Positions 39,944 through 49,819 of a stretch of 64,000 nucleotides of DNA are shown here, piece after piece. The number at the start of each line of letters is the position of its first letter. The stretch's first letter is position 1. The notes beneath the pieces were generated by a model that did not search any database, was not told the DNA's origin, and saw only the letters and a program-made list of their open reading frames with translations. The stretch is from Candidatus Heimdallarchaeota archaeon (lineage in GTDB: Archaea > Asgardarchaeota > Heimdallarchaeia > JABLTI01). The stretch spans positions 148,269 through 212,268 of the forward strand of contig JABCTZ010000026.1 in assembly GCA_018238155.1 (NCBI GenBank). The letters run 5' to 3'. The translations under genes and the position numbers were made by a program.

Positions 39944-39980
39944 TCCAATTAGAGATAATCAAAACTGAAGAAATAAACCC
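39944..39980 (+). repeat. 37-bp direct repeat, copy 2 (intergenic)
   Basis: TCCAATTAGAGATAATCAAAACTGAAGAAATAAACCC. Confidence 0.9.
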
Positions 39981-40135
39981 ACATGGAATAGGTAAGCTAT
40001 TAGCTCTACCTATTAACCTCTTTTTTTGTATTGCGATGATTATTAAATTTACAATATTGACTTAATCAGCAAAATTCTAGCTGTACTAAACGATAGCTTT
40101 TTTTAATCCTCAATCAAATAGTGAAATTGGTTACC

Positions 40136-40951
40136 ATGTTTACGGTTGGCGATTATACGAAGGGTGACTTTCCAAAAAATAGAGAAATTATGATTGATGC
40201 ATTAGATGTGTCTAAATACTATAATCACATCGTAGGATTATTTGATCTTGATGTAACAGATGCTATGAGAGTTTTTGATGCCTATAAAGATGAAGGTAAA
40301 CCATTATCTTTCACATCATGGATTATGAAATGCATTGCTCAAGCAGTTTCTGAGCATAAAGAAATACAAACGTTGAGGTATGGAAAGAAAAAAATAGTTA
40401 CTTTTGAAAATGTTGATATTAAATGCATGGTAGAAAAAGATGATGCTGAGGGTAACAAAATTCCTATTCATCATATTATTCGTAAAGCAAATGAAAAGAC
40501 TTTTCTAGAAATCCAAGAGGAAATTCGTGTTGCTCAAAAATATAAGGAAGAGCGTCGATCTGGTGAAAAACGAATTAAGAAGAAACAAGGAACTATAATG
40601 AGTTTCCCAAAATTCATTCGCAATATTATTTGGCACACTGTAATGACCAATCCTTTCAAAGTGAAAAAACATCTTGGCACCATAGGAGTCTCTGCATTAG
40701 GAATGTTTGGTAAGGGCATGCGCGGTTGGGCTATTCCAAAAACACCTCATTCAACACAGTTTCTTTTAGGTTCAGTTGTAAAGATGCCTGTAGTTACTGA
40801 TGACGATCAAATCATTATTCGTAGGATTCTTAATGTAACGGTTAGTTTTAATCACGATATTGTTGATGGAGGTCCTGCAGTTAGATTTGTTGGTAGACTT
40901 CAGGAATTAACAAATGAAGCATTTCAACTAGAAGATTTGATGAAGAAATAA
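40136..40951 (+). CDS. Stand-alone 2-oxoacid dehydrogenase E2-type acyltransferase catalytic domain
   Basis: GTIGVSALGMFG, FNHDIVDGGPAVRF (HxxxDG); no lipoyl domain. Confidence 0.85.
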   Translation: MFTVGDYTKGDFPKNREIMIDALDVSKYYNHIVGLFDLDVTDAMRVFDAYKDEGKPLSFTSWIMKCIAQAVSEHKEIQTLRYGKKKIVTFENVDIKCMVEKDDAEGNKIPIHHIIRKANEKTFLEIQEEIRVAQKYKEERRSGEKRIKKKQGTIMSFPKFIRNIIWHTVMTNPFKVKKHLGTIGVSALGMFGKGMRGWAIPKTPHSTQFLLGSVVKMPVVTDDDQIIIRRILNVTVSFNHDIVDGGPAVRFVGRLQELTNEAFQLEDLMKK

Positions 40952-41049
40952 TCGGTTCAAATTTCCTCTCTTATTTTTCTTCTTCATCAAAGAAATCTCG
41001 ATTCAATTTATTCATCTATTGGCATTTTTGAGTTATGAATAACAATGTT

Positions 41050-42252
41050 TTATTTAATATGGGAATCTAATGAATCCCTTATTCGTCCTAGAGCTTCTTC
41101 CAAAATCGATTTTGGGCATGCTAGATTAAACCTTTGAAATCCACTGCCAGATTCACCAAACATTGCACCATCATCTAAACCCACTTTCGCTTCTTTCTTG
41201 ATTATTTCATCTAATTTCTTTGGATCCAAACCTAAAGCTCGAAAGTCAACCCAAGCTAAATATGTCCCTTCTAAATCAAATACAACTGCTCCAGGTATGT
41301 TCTCTTCAAAATATTTTACCATAAAATCAAAATTAGATTTCAAATACACAAGAAGATCCTCTAACCAATCCTCACATTCATTGTAAACAGTTTCAAGTGC
41401 TAATCCACCAAAAATTCCGGAAGAACGTATTGATACATTTTGCATTGTAATAGCTAGTTTTTCTCTCAGTATTTTGTTAGAAATTATTGTATTACTTGTT
41501 TTCAATCCAGCAATATTGAATGTCTTTGATGGAGCTGTACATGTAATAGACTTATCAGCAAATTTCTTAGTGATAGATGCATAAGGAACATGGGTTTGAT
41601 CTGGGAGAACTAAATCACAGTGAATCTCATCTGAAATAACAAGGACATTATATTTATTACAAATATTTCCTAGTTTTGTAAGTTCCTCCTTTGTCCAAAC
41701 TCTAGCTACAGGATTATGTGGACTGCAAAGAATAAGTATTTTCACTCGAGGTGTCTTACATTTTTCTTCTAAATCTTTAAAGTCAATTTCATACCGATTG
41801 TTTTTGATTACCAATTGATTATTAAGGACAATTCGACCATTTTCTTGAATACTTGATTTGAAAGGATAATATACCGGTTCTTGAATGATGATTTTATCAC
41901 CTGGTACAGTAAACGTTTGAATAATGAATTGGATTGCAGGAACTACTCCCGGAGCAAATAGCAACCACTCTTTCTCTATGATCCAATTATGTTTTCTTTG
42001 AAACCAGTCAATTATAGCTTTATAATAAGAGTCTCCAGGCAGAGAATAGCCAAAGATACCATGCTCAACTCTTCTTTTAAGAGCATCAAGAAGTGCTTTA
42101 GGTGCGCGAAAATCCATATCTGCTACCCAAAGAGGTAATAGTTCAACATCTACTTTGAAATAATCTTTCATAAACTCCTGATCCCACTTGATTGCTTTTG
42201 TATCTTTTCTACTAACTACTTCATCAAAGTTCCAGTTTCGCTCTTGCGTCAT
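41050..42252 (-). CDS. MalY/PatB-family PLP-dependent C-S lyase
   Basis: PLWVADMDF, HGIFGY, LCSPHNP, SDEIHCD, APSKTFNIAG. Confidence 0.93.
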   Translation of the reverse strand: MTQERNWNFDEVVSRKDTKAIKWDQEFMKDYFKVDVELLPLWVADMDFRAPKALLDALKRRVEHGIFGYSLPGDSYYKAIIDWFQRKHNWIIEKEWLLFAPGVVPAIQFIIQTFTVPGDKIIIQEPVYYPFKSSIQENGRIVLNNQLVIKNNRYEIDFKDLEEKCKTPRVKILILCSPHNPVARVWTKEELTKLGNICNKYNVLVISDEIHCDLVLPDQTHVPYASITKKFADKSITCTAPSKTFNIAGLKTSNTIISNKILREKLAITMQNVSIRSSGIFGGLALETVYNECEDWLEDLLVYLKSNFDFMVKYFEENIPGAVVFDLEGTYLAWVDFRALGLDPKKLDEIIKKEAKVGLDDGAMFGESGSGFQRFNLACPKSILEEALGRIRDSLDSHIK

Positions 42253-42377
42253 AAAATCAAATCCAACATTCAATAATTAGAAATAATTACTCTTAATGTT
42301 TTTGACTTATAGTCAAACAATCAAGTATAAATTTTATGATAAAAAGTAGATTTATTCAAAACTCAGAAAAGTGAATT

Positions 42378-42518
42378 TCAAATAGTTTTTTCATTAGTAG
42401 TGATTTCTGTAGAACGCGCATGAAAAATTTTAGCGTCTTCATCTATTGTTATTTGAACTCTTTCAACGATTTTAATTTCAATAACGACTTCTTTTCTTAT
42501 TAATTTCAATTGAGACAT
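42378..42518 (-). CDS. Small 46-aa hypothetical protein (below ORF-track cutoff)
   Basis: ATG..TGA frame MSQLKLIRKEVVIEIKIVERVQITIDEDAKIFHARSTEITTNEKTI, GTGG upstream, fills the intergenic gap co-directionally. Confidence 0.5.
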   Translation of the reverse strand: MSQLKLIRKEVVIEIKIVERVQITIDEDAKIFHARSTEITTNEKTI

Positions 42519-42626
42519 GTTAACCACATTCAGATATCAATTAATCAAATATGAAAATGAAAGAATATAAACACCAAAAAAAAAGAAAAAAAGCATACAA
42601 CGATTCTTTCTTGCAGTTCATTAAAG

Positions 42627-43349
42627 TTACTTTTTCACACCAATAAGTAGACCACGATCAAATTTAGGATCATTTTTGAATTTTGCTGTTTCTAAATTGT
42701 TTTCAATCATTATAGACAGAAGCAGCTCAGTTGGATGCATAGCTAACTCATGATGCTCTACGAAATGATTAACTGTCTTCCCCCTTTCAGCAATTAAATA
42801 ATGCATATCAAATATTGATATTTCTCCTTTCACTTCTGAAGTATTCACTCGAGTAATAATGAGATCATCGTTTTTATATGTAGCAATGTGTGGTTCTCCA
42901 GCTCTAAAAATATCTTTATCAAGCCACTGCTCAATGAGCACAACTCCGCCTGGTTTAAGGTGTTCAGCAAATCCCTTGATAGTTTTAGACAAGCGTTCTT
43001 TGGATATAATGTAAGCAATTGAACTAAACAAGCAAGTTATTACATCAAATTTCTTCCCTAGTTCTAATTCAGACATATCTGCTACTTCAAAATTAATTTC
43101 AGGATGCTTTTCCTTTGCGACGGCTATCATATCAGCATTTAGATCAGAACCAGTACAAGTAAATGCTTCTTTTAGAAAAGCCAAATGAGTACCTGTTCCA
43201 CAAGCAACATCAAGCAATTCTTTTCCAGCACTCCTTTTATATTGTTTGATCAATTGCTTTAGGATTTCTGATTCGCCTTTGTAATCCTTTAGCTCATAGA
43301 TCTTATCATAATATTTAGCTAAAGTTTGATAGCTGTTCGTGTCAGTCAT
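42627..43349 (-). CDS. Class I SAM-dependent methyltransferase
   Basis: LLDVACGTG, FDVITCLFSSI, HLKPGG. Confidence 0.9.
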   Translation of the reverse strand: MTDTNSYQTLAKYYDKIYELKDYKGESEILKQLIKQYKRSAGKELLDVACGTGTHLAFLKEAFTCTGSDLNADMIAVAKEKHPEINFEVADMSELELGKKFDVITCLFSSIAYIISKERLSKTIKGFAEHLKPGGVVLIEQWLDKDIFRAGEPHIATYKNDDLIITRVNTSEVKGEISIFDMHYLIAERGKTVNHFVEHHELAMHPTELLLSIMIENNLETAKFKNDPKFDRGLLIGVKK

Positions 43350-43593
43350 AACTAAAAGTAGATTTAGTAAATATCAATTTTCGCATTTCCGCACTAAATT
43401 AATTTTCAATTCTTAATTTAATTAAAATTAATAGATAATTCAATTTCTAGCAAATAAATAGAGTACTTTGGTATTTTCCTTTTTATCATCTTTTATGAAT
43501 ATTTTTTGATGGATCAACACTATTTTGATAAATTCTATTGACATTTGGAAAACTATCTGATAGTTTTAAAAAAGAATGCTATAAGATGAAACC

Positions 43594-44451
43594 ATGAGAT
43601 ATTTATTTCGTAAATTAGTGAGAAAGGATATTCAAGCAATAGCTGAAATAGCAAGTTATATGCCTGTTCATTTTCAAAATATACTTGAATATGCAGAATC
43701 ACTCATTGATGATCCAAAATGCTACTATTTTGGAATGTTCCAAGAGAAGAAGCTTCTTGGTGTTGGAAATTTACGTCATAAAACATCAAAATTCGTTTGG
43801 ATTGAATCGGTTCGTGTTGCACCTAGTAATCAACAAAAAGGGATTGGTACAGCACTTTTCAAGCACTGCGTAGAGAAAGCAAAAGAAGAAAATTACACAA
43901 TAGTTGCATATGCTACAGATGTAAACAATTATGGTTCTTGCAATATTGGCAAAAAGCTAGGATTTTACTTAGTAGAAGAGATGAATCTTTACTGGATAAA
44001 GCCAAAAAATCTTAATTTAGATCAAGATTATGTGATCAACCAACAACCTATCACACTAGATAAAGCATTTGAGTTAATGAAGATTATTCCAGATGGTCCC
44101 AAAGAAGAAGTATCTATGGGTTGGACTTATAGCCCATTAGATAAAACATTCTTAGCCAAACAAACAGATATTGAATTCTATGCTCTTGAGAAAACTTTAC
44201 TCCTAGAGTATAAAGATCGGAATCTGAAGACAAATGAGATTCGCGCTATACGTGCAGTGGTCTTTGGGTCAGAAATTCACGTAAAAGAATTGCTCAATGA
44301 ATTTATTATACGAAATATCATGCATGAGTATCTTCATTGTGTTGTAAGTGAAAAATTTGAACATATCCCACAAGAATTAGGATTTGAGCAGTCTATCACA
44401 TCTACGGGTTCACCAAACAAAATACTTTATTGGAAATTAGAATTGCTTTAG
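43594..44451 (+). CDS. GNAT N-acetyltransferase
   Basis: WIESVRVAPSNQQKGIGTAL, N..S....KKLGF. Confidence 0.85.
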   Translation: MRYLFRKLVRKDIQAIAEIASYMPVHFQNILEYAESLIDDPKCYYFGMFQEKKLLGVGNLRHKTSKFVWIESVRVAPSNQQKGIGTALFKHCVEKAKEENYTIVAYATDVNNYGSCNIGKKLGFYLVEEMNLYWIKPKNLNLDQDYVINQQPITLDKAFELMKIIPDGPKEEVSMGWTYSPLDKTFLAKQTDIEFYALEKTLLLEYKDRNLKTNEIRAIRAVVFGSEIHVKELLNEFIIRNIMHEYLHCVVSEKFEHIPQELGFEQSITSTGSPNKILYWKLELL

Positions 44452-44705
44452 AATTTTTTATCTAACTCTCATCTTGATTTGAAGTATCATTCAATATTCA
44501 TTGATTTTTGATAGCAATTTGATACACAAGAAAATTCCAATCCATAAAATCCATCTTTTACTTATTGGATAATTACCTTATCTAGATTCATCTTGAAAAT
44601 CACCAAGAACATCAACATCTTTAGGGATTAAACCGAATTCAAAAATATCGAATCGATTTTCTTTTATGCATGAAACATTACAGATGAAATGTTAAATTTG
44701 AGTTT

Positions 44706-45101
44706 TTATCTTGGATCAATATAGATATCGAAAAATTCAGTTTCATTATGGATTTTAATATAGAGGTCTTTCCCATTTGATGATCCTTTGTTCAAAATTG
44801 AGTAATCTGGTTTCAAGCCTATTTGTAACATAATTAGCAGAGTCTCAAATTTTGAATTCACTAGATTTAACTGAACATTTCCAGGATGTTTTATTCCTGC
44901 TTCGAAAATTTGTATATTGAATCGGTTATATCCGCCACTAAACATAATTTCCCAACGATCATTTAGAAAACCCTCTACTTGACTATTGAAAAGTATTGAA
45001 TATTCTCCATTCTCAAGAATCGTAGCAATTCTTTCACTTATTTTCTGCATACAGATATTTTCTTTGAAATGTTTTTGGATTTTTCCATTAGAAGTATACA
45101 A
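44706..45101 (-). CDS. Hypothetical protein
   Basis: 131-aa ORF co-oriented with neighbours; no motif; start uncertain. Confidence 0.4.
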   Translation of the reverse strand: MYTSNGKIQKHFKENICMQKISERIATILENGEYSILFNSQVEGFLNDRWEIMFSGGYNRFNIQIFEAGIKHPGNVQLNLVNSKFETLLIMLQIGLKPDYSILNKGSSNGKDLYIKIHNETEFFDIYIDPR

Positions 45102-45119
45102 AAAGTTATTCTTTTTCTC

Positions 45120-46124
45120 TTAGAACACAATAAGATAATAAATGAGCTCATTAAAGGATTTTAGTAATTGTTCCTTAATTGGAATACTAGAAAGAATAAT
45201 TTCTGAAAGAGTCTCAGAGAGAAGAGAAAGATTCGAGTAGTCTATTTTTTTATTAATTATTTTAACCAATAACTCGATATTTTTAGCTGATTGCTGAGCA
45301 ATAATTTGAGGTTTAAATTCCTTTTCAATAGTTAGTAGTAAATCTCTATTTTTTAAGAGCAATTTTTTATAATTATCTTTTTTAGATAAAAGATCATTTA
45401 TTATCTGATGAACTTTTTTTCTGAAAAATTCTTCAAAATGACCATAGTTATTTTCAATCAAATCTTTATAGTGAGGTTCCTTCATCCCTTTATTAAGAAT
45501 AGGTATTAAAAATCGATCACGAATATTTTCAAAAACTCTGTATCGTATTTTATTCCAATTTGGTAGCTCATTTATTTCTAAAAATAACTTCTCATGAATT
45601 TCAATTAAAGATTTTGCGAATATGATAAAATCTTGTTTAGTTTTTGATTGGCCTGAATCTAATTCTATAGTTATTGTGACCTTAGAATCATTTGAAAAAT
45701 CATTGTCATCAAATGAAAGAGATTCGTCATGATTTAACAGAAGTATCTTTTCCAAGTCAACGAAATTTGTTGTCTTTTGTTGAACAGTTGTATTTTGTAA
45801 TTTTGTTACTCTGACAGAGATTTCTGAATTACAATCATTGTTATTTTGAGTGATAATTTTGCAATAAACTGGTCTTTGGATAAGACCTAATGCATAGGAA
45901 ATATTCAACTTCATAAAAAATTTCCGTGAAGTAAAATCCACTTGATTAGATGCAATAACCCTTCTCGACCAAAATTTTGTTGATTCAATTTCAGTTTGAA
46001 AAATTCTTACATCTTCATTAATAATTACATCTTGAATTATAGATGGTGGTTTTACGTTACTATAAACCTCACATGGATTATGAAGGTAAGGAATAATGAA
46101 GATCTTATCTTTTGTATGTCTCAA
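45120..46124 (-). CDS. Hypothetical protein
   Basis: 334-aa AT-rich ORF; beta-rich N-half, helical C-half. Confidence 0.55.
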   Translation of the reverse strand: MRHTKDKIFIIPYLHNPCEVYSNVKPPSIIQDVIINEDVRIFQTEIESTKFWSRRVIASNQVDFTSRKFFMKLNISYALGLIQRPVYCKIITQNNNDCNSEISVRVTKLQNTTVQQKTTNFVDLEKILLLNHDESLSFDDNDFSNDSKVTITIELDSGQSKTKQDFIIFAKSLIEIHEKLFLEINELPNWNKIRYRVFENIRDRFLIPILNKGMKEPHYKDLIENNYGHFEEFFRKKVHQIINDLLSKKDNYKKLLLKNRDLLLTIEKEFKPQIIAQQSAKNIELLVKIINKKIDYSNLSLLSETLSEIILSSIPIKEQLLKSFNELIYYLIVF

Positions 46125-46188
46125 ACAAATATCACCAAATTTCTATGATTAGCAATTACTCGTACACAGTAAAAGAAAAGTAAAAAAG

Positions 46189-48486
46189 CTACTTGAGTTT
46201 TTTTCTTAAGAAACTCAAGTTTGCCAAACCTAAAATAGAAATAATTAACCAAATATGGAGATCGATATTCCCTTGATAAGATGTTGTTTCCAAAGTAAAT
46301 GTGAAATCGCCTTTCCCTGAAATACATTTCACAACCACATAAATATCTCTTGCTTTCCGAGTACTATATGTTATTGTTTCAGCAACTCCAACAGATGTAT
46401 CAGTGCTTGCGGCGAGATAACCTCCTTTTGTCTCACTAAAATCTTCTTCAGTATCATATATGAAAAGATCAAAATCAGCTTTGGTAGGTAAGGATACACT
46501 CAAAATTAGTGTTGTCTTTCTAGGAATAACTATTTTTCTTGCCCAGCTTTGATCCTCAAATGGATTTGTACATAGGTAATGTGATTCACTTTCACCAATT
46601 TCTATTTTCGTTAAGTAAGCATCGATTGCAGCATTTGAATGTACTTTACCAAAACCTTCTATCTTATCTCTTTCTCCACGATTCAATTCAGGGATGTTAC
46701 TATTATGATTATAAGTTTCGCCATCTAAAACCTCTGTTGCAGTACCACAAATAAGATTCTTCACTAAAAGGGCATTTTTAAGAGAATAAGACCAATCTTC
46801 ACCCATTGCATCGATAATTAAAGCAGCTAGACCAGAAACGTGTGGAACAGACATACTCGTCCCTTGTCGAGTTGTATAATCATCAAGCATTTTTTCATCT
46901 GAGAAATATCTATCAACACCATATAGCTCAAAAATTTGGTCAGCTTCTGTGTAATCTGCATCATTGCTATCCGCTGCAACAATCGCCCAACCACTTTCAT
47001 AAGACAACCTACTTCCACCAGGAGCAACAACATCTGGTTTGGTATATTTATTCAAATAGTCACCATTCGATGAGTAATAAGTTATTTCGTCTTGTGAGTT
47101 AATAGCCCCAACTGTAATAGCTTTACCCGCAGTTCCAGGAGAACCGATATTTACATTATCTTGAAAAGCATTACCAGCAGCAACAACACAAACAAATCCT
47201 TGTTTAACGAGATTATCTACTGCTTGATCTATCGATTCAACTTCTTCTGAGAAACCAAGTGAACAACTTACAACTATAATGTCATGTTCTTTTCCAAAAC
47301 TACCAATCCAATCAAACGCATCTAACAACAATAAACTATTCCCAAAGCCAAAGTCATCCAAAATTTTCAAGGCAACAATTTTACTGTTAGGCGATATGCC
47401 TTGATAGTTATTATTTGTATCAATCAAATCTGCTGCTGGGCGAGTAATATTGATTTGGATAATGGAAGCACCAAGTTCCCCTTCGGTTTTTTGACCTATA
47501 AGATATCTATATCTACCAGGTGTAGCAGAACTATAATTTAATTTCAAGGACCCTGCACCATAATCACCAAAAACGTGAAGGTCTTCTGTTGCATTTGCTT
47601 TGTTATCATTATTTATATCTAAAGTAATGAATAGAGTATCGAAAGGATCATTTCCAGAAATATCATCCCAAGAAATGTCAAAATAGATTGTTCCATTTTG
47701 TTCCACATCAAAATATGAAGCCACTCCATACATTTCTGGTACATTCGGTGGAAATTCTATTGTTCGTGACAAACTCACGTATTTGTTTTTTCTTGCAGCT
47801 TCACCAGTTCCTGCAGCAATAGAAGCACAATGCGTTCCGTGTCCTGAGAAATCACAAGGGGAAGAATATTCATCGAATTCATTAGCAACTGACCTTCCAA
47901 CAAAATCCTTCCAATAAACTATTTTATCTTGAAAATCAGGATGGCTGTCATCTACACCAGTATCTAAAATGGCGATAGCTTGTTCTGAATCTCCTTTCAA
48001 TCCTAAGGTGTCCCAAACATTTGGACGAACATTAATTTGTTGAGATGATTTACTCAAGAAGGATTTGCATTCAGCATTTTCTGATATTTGAATTACTTCA
48101 GACTGTAATGCTAATGAAGACAATCTATCAATTGGAATTCGAATAGCTGCTCCATAGATTATCGACCAAGAAGAGACAATTTCACCTTCAATAGATTCTA
48201 CTCGAGAGATGAAATCATTAGTTATCTCACAGTTAAAAGTAACAATTGTTGTTATTATTTCATTTGCAGATTTATCAGCAATGATTTTTTCAAGATGATC
48301 ATGAATTTTATTGTCATTTTTATCAGAACTTGCTAATGGCAATACTATTTGATTGATAGATATTTTTTTATCATTGCTAAATACTTCAAATTCATAATCA
48401 ATTGCATGAACAAATGATGGTAATATTGAAGGTAAAAGAAATATGCATAAAAGGATAATTGGTAAGTTTTTCTTCTTTGTCAACAA
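46189..48486 (-). CDS. Secreted S8 subtilisin-like serine protease with C-terminal membrane anchor
   Basis: Signal peptide; ILDTG, GHGTHCASIAAG, AAGN, GTSMSVPHVSG; hydrophobic C-terminus ending RKKLK. Confidence 0.93.
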   Translation of the reverse strand: MLTKKKNLPIILLCIFLLPSILPSFVHAIDYEFEVFSNDKKISINQIVLPLASSDKNDNKIHDHLEKIIADKSANEIITTIVTFNCEITNDFISRVESIEGEIVSSWSIIYGAAIRIPIDRLSSLALQSEVIQISENAECKSFLSKSSQQINVRPNVWDTLGLKGDSEQAIAILDTGVDDSHPDFQDKIVYWKDFVGRSVANEFDEYSSPCDFSGHGTHCASIAAGTGEAARKNKYVSLSRTIEFPPNVPEMYGVASYFDVEQNGTIYFDISWDDISGNDPFDTLFITLDINNDNKANATEDLHVFGDYGAGSLKLNYSSATPGRYRYLIGQKTEGELGASIIQINITRPAADLIDTNNNYQGISPNSKIVALKILDDFGFGNSLLLLDAFDWIGSFGKEHDIIVVSCSLGFSEEVESIDQAVDNLVKQGFVCVVAAGNAFQDNVNIGSPGTAGKAITVGAINSQDEITYYSSNGDYLNKYTKPDVVAPGGSRLSYESGWAIVAADSNDADYTEADQIFELYGVDRYFSDEKMLDDYTTRQGTSMSVPHVSGLAALIIDAMGEDWSYSLKNALLVKNLICGTATEVLDGETYNHNSNIPELNRGERDKIEGFGKVHSNAAIDAYLTKIEIGESESHYLCTNPFEDQSWARKIVIPRKTTLILSVSLPTKADFDLFIYDTEEDFSETKGGYLAASTDTSVGVAETITYSTRKARDIYVVVKCISGKGDFTFTLETTSYQGNIDLHIWLIISILGLANLSFLRKKLK

Positions 48487-48675
48487 AATACATCCCGTGA
48501 AATAGCTATTAATCTCTGTATCAAGTAGATAAACAAAGAATAACTCATCCTATAATTATTAAAACATTTAGAATGTAAATCAAAACATCTTAGATAAATT
48601 TAATTATGTTCCTTAATTTGTCATTAATAATCGCATGTAAATGAATCAAATATATTGTAAGGGTTTACGAAGAAT

Positions 48676-49098
48676 ATGCCAAAAACACGAAAGAAAGTTG
48701 TAAGATTATTCATCAGTCATTCATGGGATTACTCAGAAGACTATGTTGATCTAGTAACTTTTCTTGGAAGAATTAAGGATTTCTCTTTTTATAATTACAG
48801 TGTTCCAAAGCATAATCCTCTTTCTGCAGATACAGATAAGAAACTACTAGATGAGCTCTGTGATCAATTACGAGGTTGTCATATCTTAATTGTCTTGGCA
48901 ACTATGAGACCAAGCTATAGTGAGTGGATTCAAAAAGAAATTCTAATTGCGAATGTTTACAATAAAGCTGTTTTAGCAATTGTTCCGCGTGGACAAAAGA
49001 GAATCGCAAATGTTATTACAACCTACTCGGATAAAATAGTAAAATGGAATATCCGCTCTATTCGAAAAGCGATTATCGAAATTATGAAAAAACGATAA
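48676..49098 (+). CDS. TIR-domain protein (MTH538/DUF1863, ThsB-like)
   Basis: RLFISHSWDYSEDY, NYSVP, SEWIQKEI with the TIR catalytic Glu position, KIVKWN. Confidence 0.85.
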   Translation: MPKTRKKVVRLFISHSWDYSEDYVDLVTFLGRIKDFSFYNYSVPKHNPLSADTDKKLLDELCDQLRGCHILIVLATMRPSYSEWIQKEILIANVYNKAVLAIVPRGQKRIANVITTYSDKIVKWNIRSIRKAIIEIMKKR

Positions 49099-49106
49099 AT
49101 CTATTT

Positions 49107-49670
49107 CTAAGTAGGAGTTATAGTTCCTGTTATTAGAATTGGATTTAGTGATATAATGACTATCATTAAAATCAGCCCTAATGAATAAAGTATGATTAAA
49201 CTCATTGGAATCCATATCTCAATATTTGACAAACGGCGACTTTTCTTAGATTTTTCTTGTTCTTTCCAAAGCTTCCATTCAGTTATAAATCCATTAACAT
49301 ATAGATTAGCTTCAATAGCATTAATAACTCTGTACTTGCAACCATTCAACGCTTTATAGTGTTTAATCAATTGCACCCAACTAATAGAGAAGAAAATACC
49401 CACAAGAAGAATTATTGGAACAAAGATAAATAATTGAGAGTTGCCAAAGAGTGCACCCATAGCAACGAAAAGAAAGCTGTTAGCGGTAAGAAAGAAACTA
49501 TTTGTTGTTGCTCGTCGAGTACTTACTTTGTCGGCCATTTGCACATACAATTTGTATTGCTCAAAGGTATATCTTATTTCTGTAGCTGAACGATCAATAG
49601 TATTGAATATATCATCAAGAGGGTTAGATGGTTCTTGATCAGGTTTCTTTGTTTTTGCCAAATAATTCAC
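49107..49670 (-). CDS. RipA-like small multi-pass membrane protein
   Basis: QYKLYVQMADKVSTRR..NSFFLT, two TMs, W..LI..YKALN..KY.VI..IE, EW, third TM. Confidence 0.7.
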   Translation of the reverse strand: MNYLAKTKKPDQEPSNPLDDIFNTIDRSATEIRYTFEQYKLYVQMADKVSTRRATTNSFFLTANSFLFVAMGALFGNSQLFIFVPIILLVGIFFSISWVQLIKHYKALNGCKYRVINAIEANLYVNGFITEWKLWKEQEKSKKSRRLSNIEIWIPMSLIILYSLGLILMIVIISLNPILITGTITPT

Positions 49671-49819
49671 CGTGGAAATACCAATTTTTTCTTCTACATT
49701 AGCAAGCTATTCTTTCTTAATAAATTTTTAGCGCAATTAAGTTATTCTGCTAGTACCAATAGATGAATTTAATTAAGAGTGAATTTTTCTTCAATAGTGT
49801 TCAGAAGGCATTTCTAGAA

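Noticed and set aside
36521-39980. Diversity-generating retroelement TR/VR pair (both mismatches are A in the intergenic copy, and the other copy is at a gene 3' end)
   Set aside because: Only 37 bp and two mismatches in an AT-rich genome, flanking mismatches are not A-specific, and no reverse transcriptase is in the window
46189-49098. Subtilase as part of the TIR defence module
   Set aside because: It has a signal peptide and membrane anchor (extracellular) and is divergently transcribed
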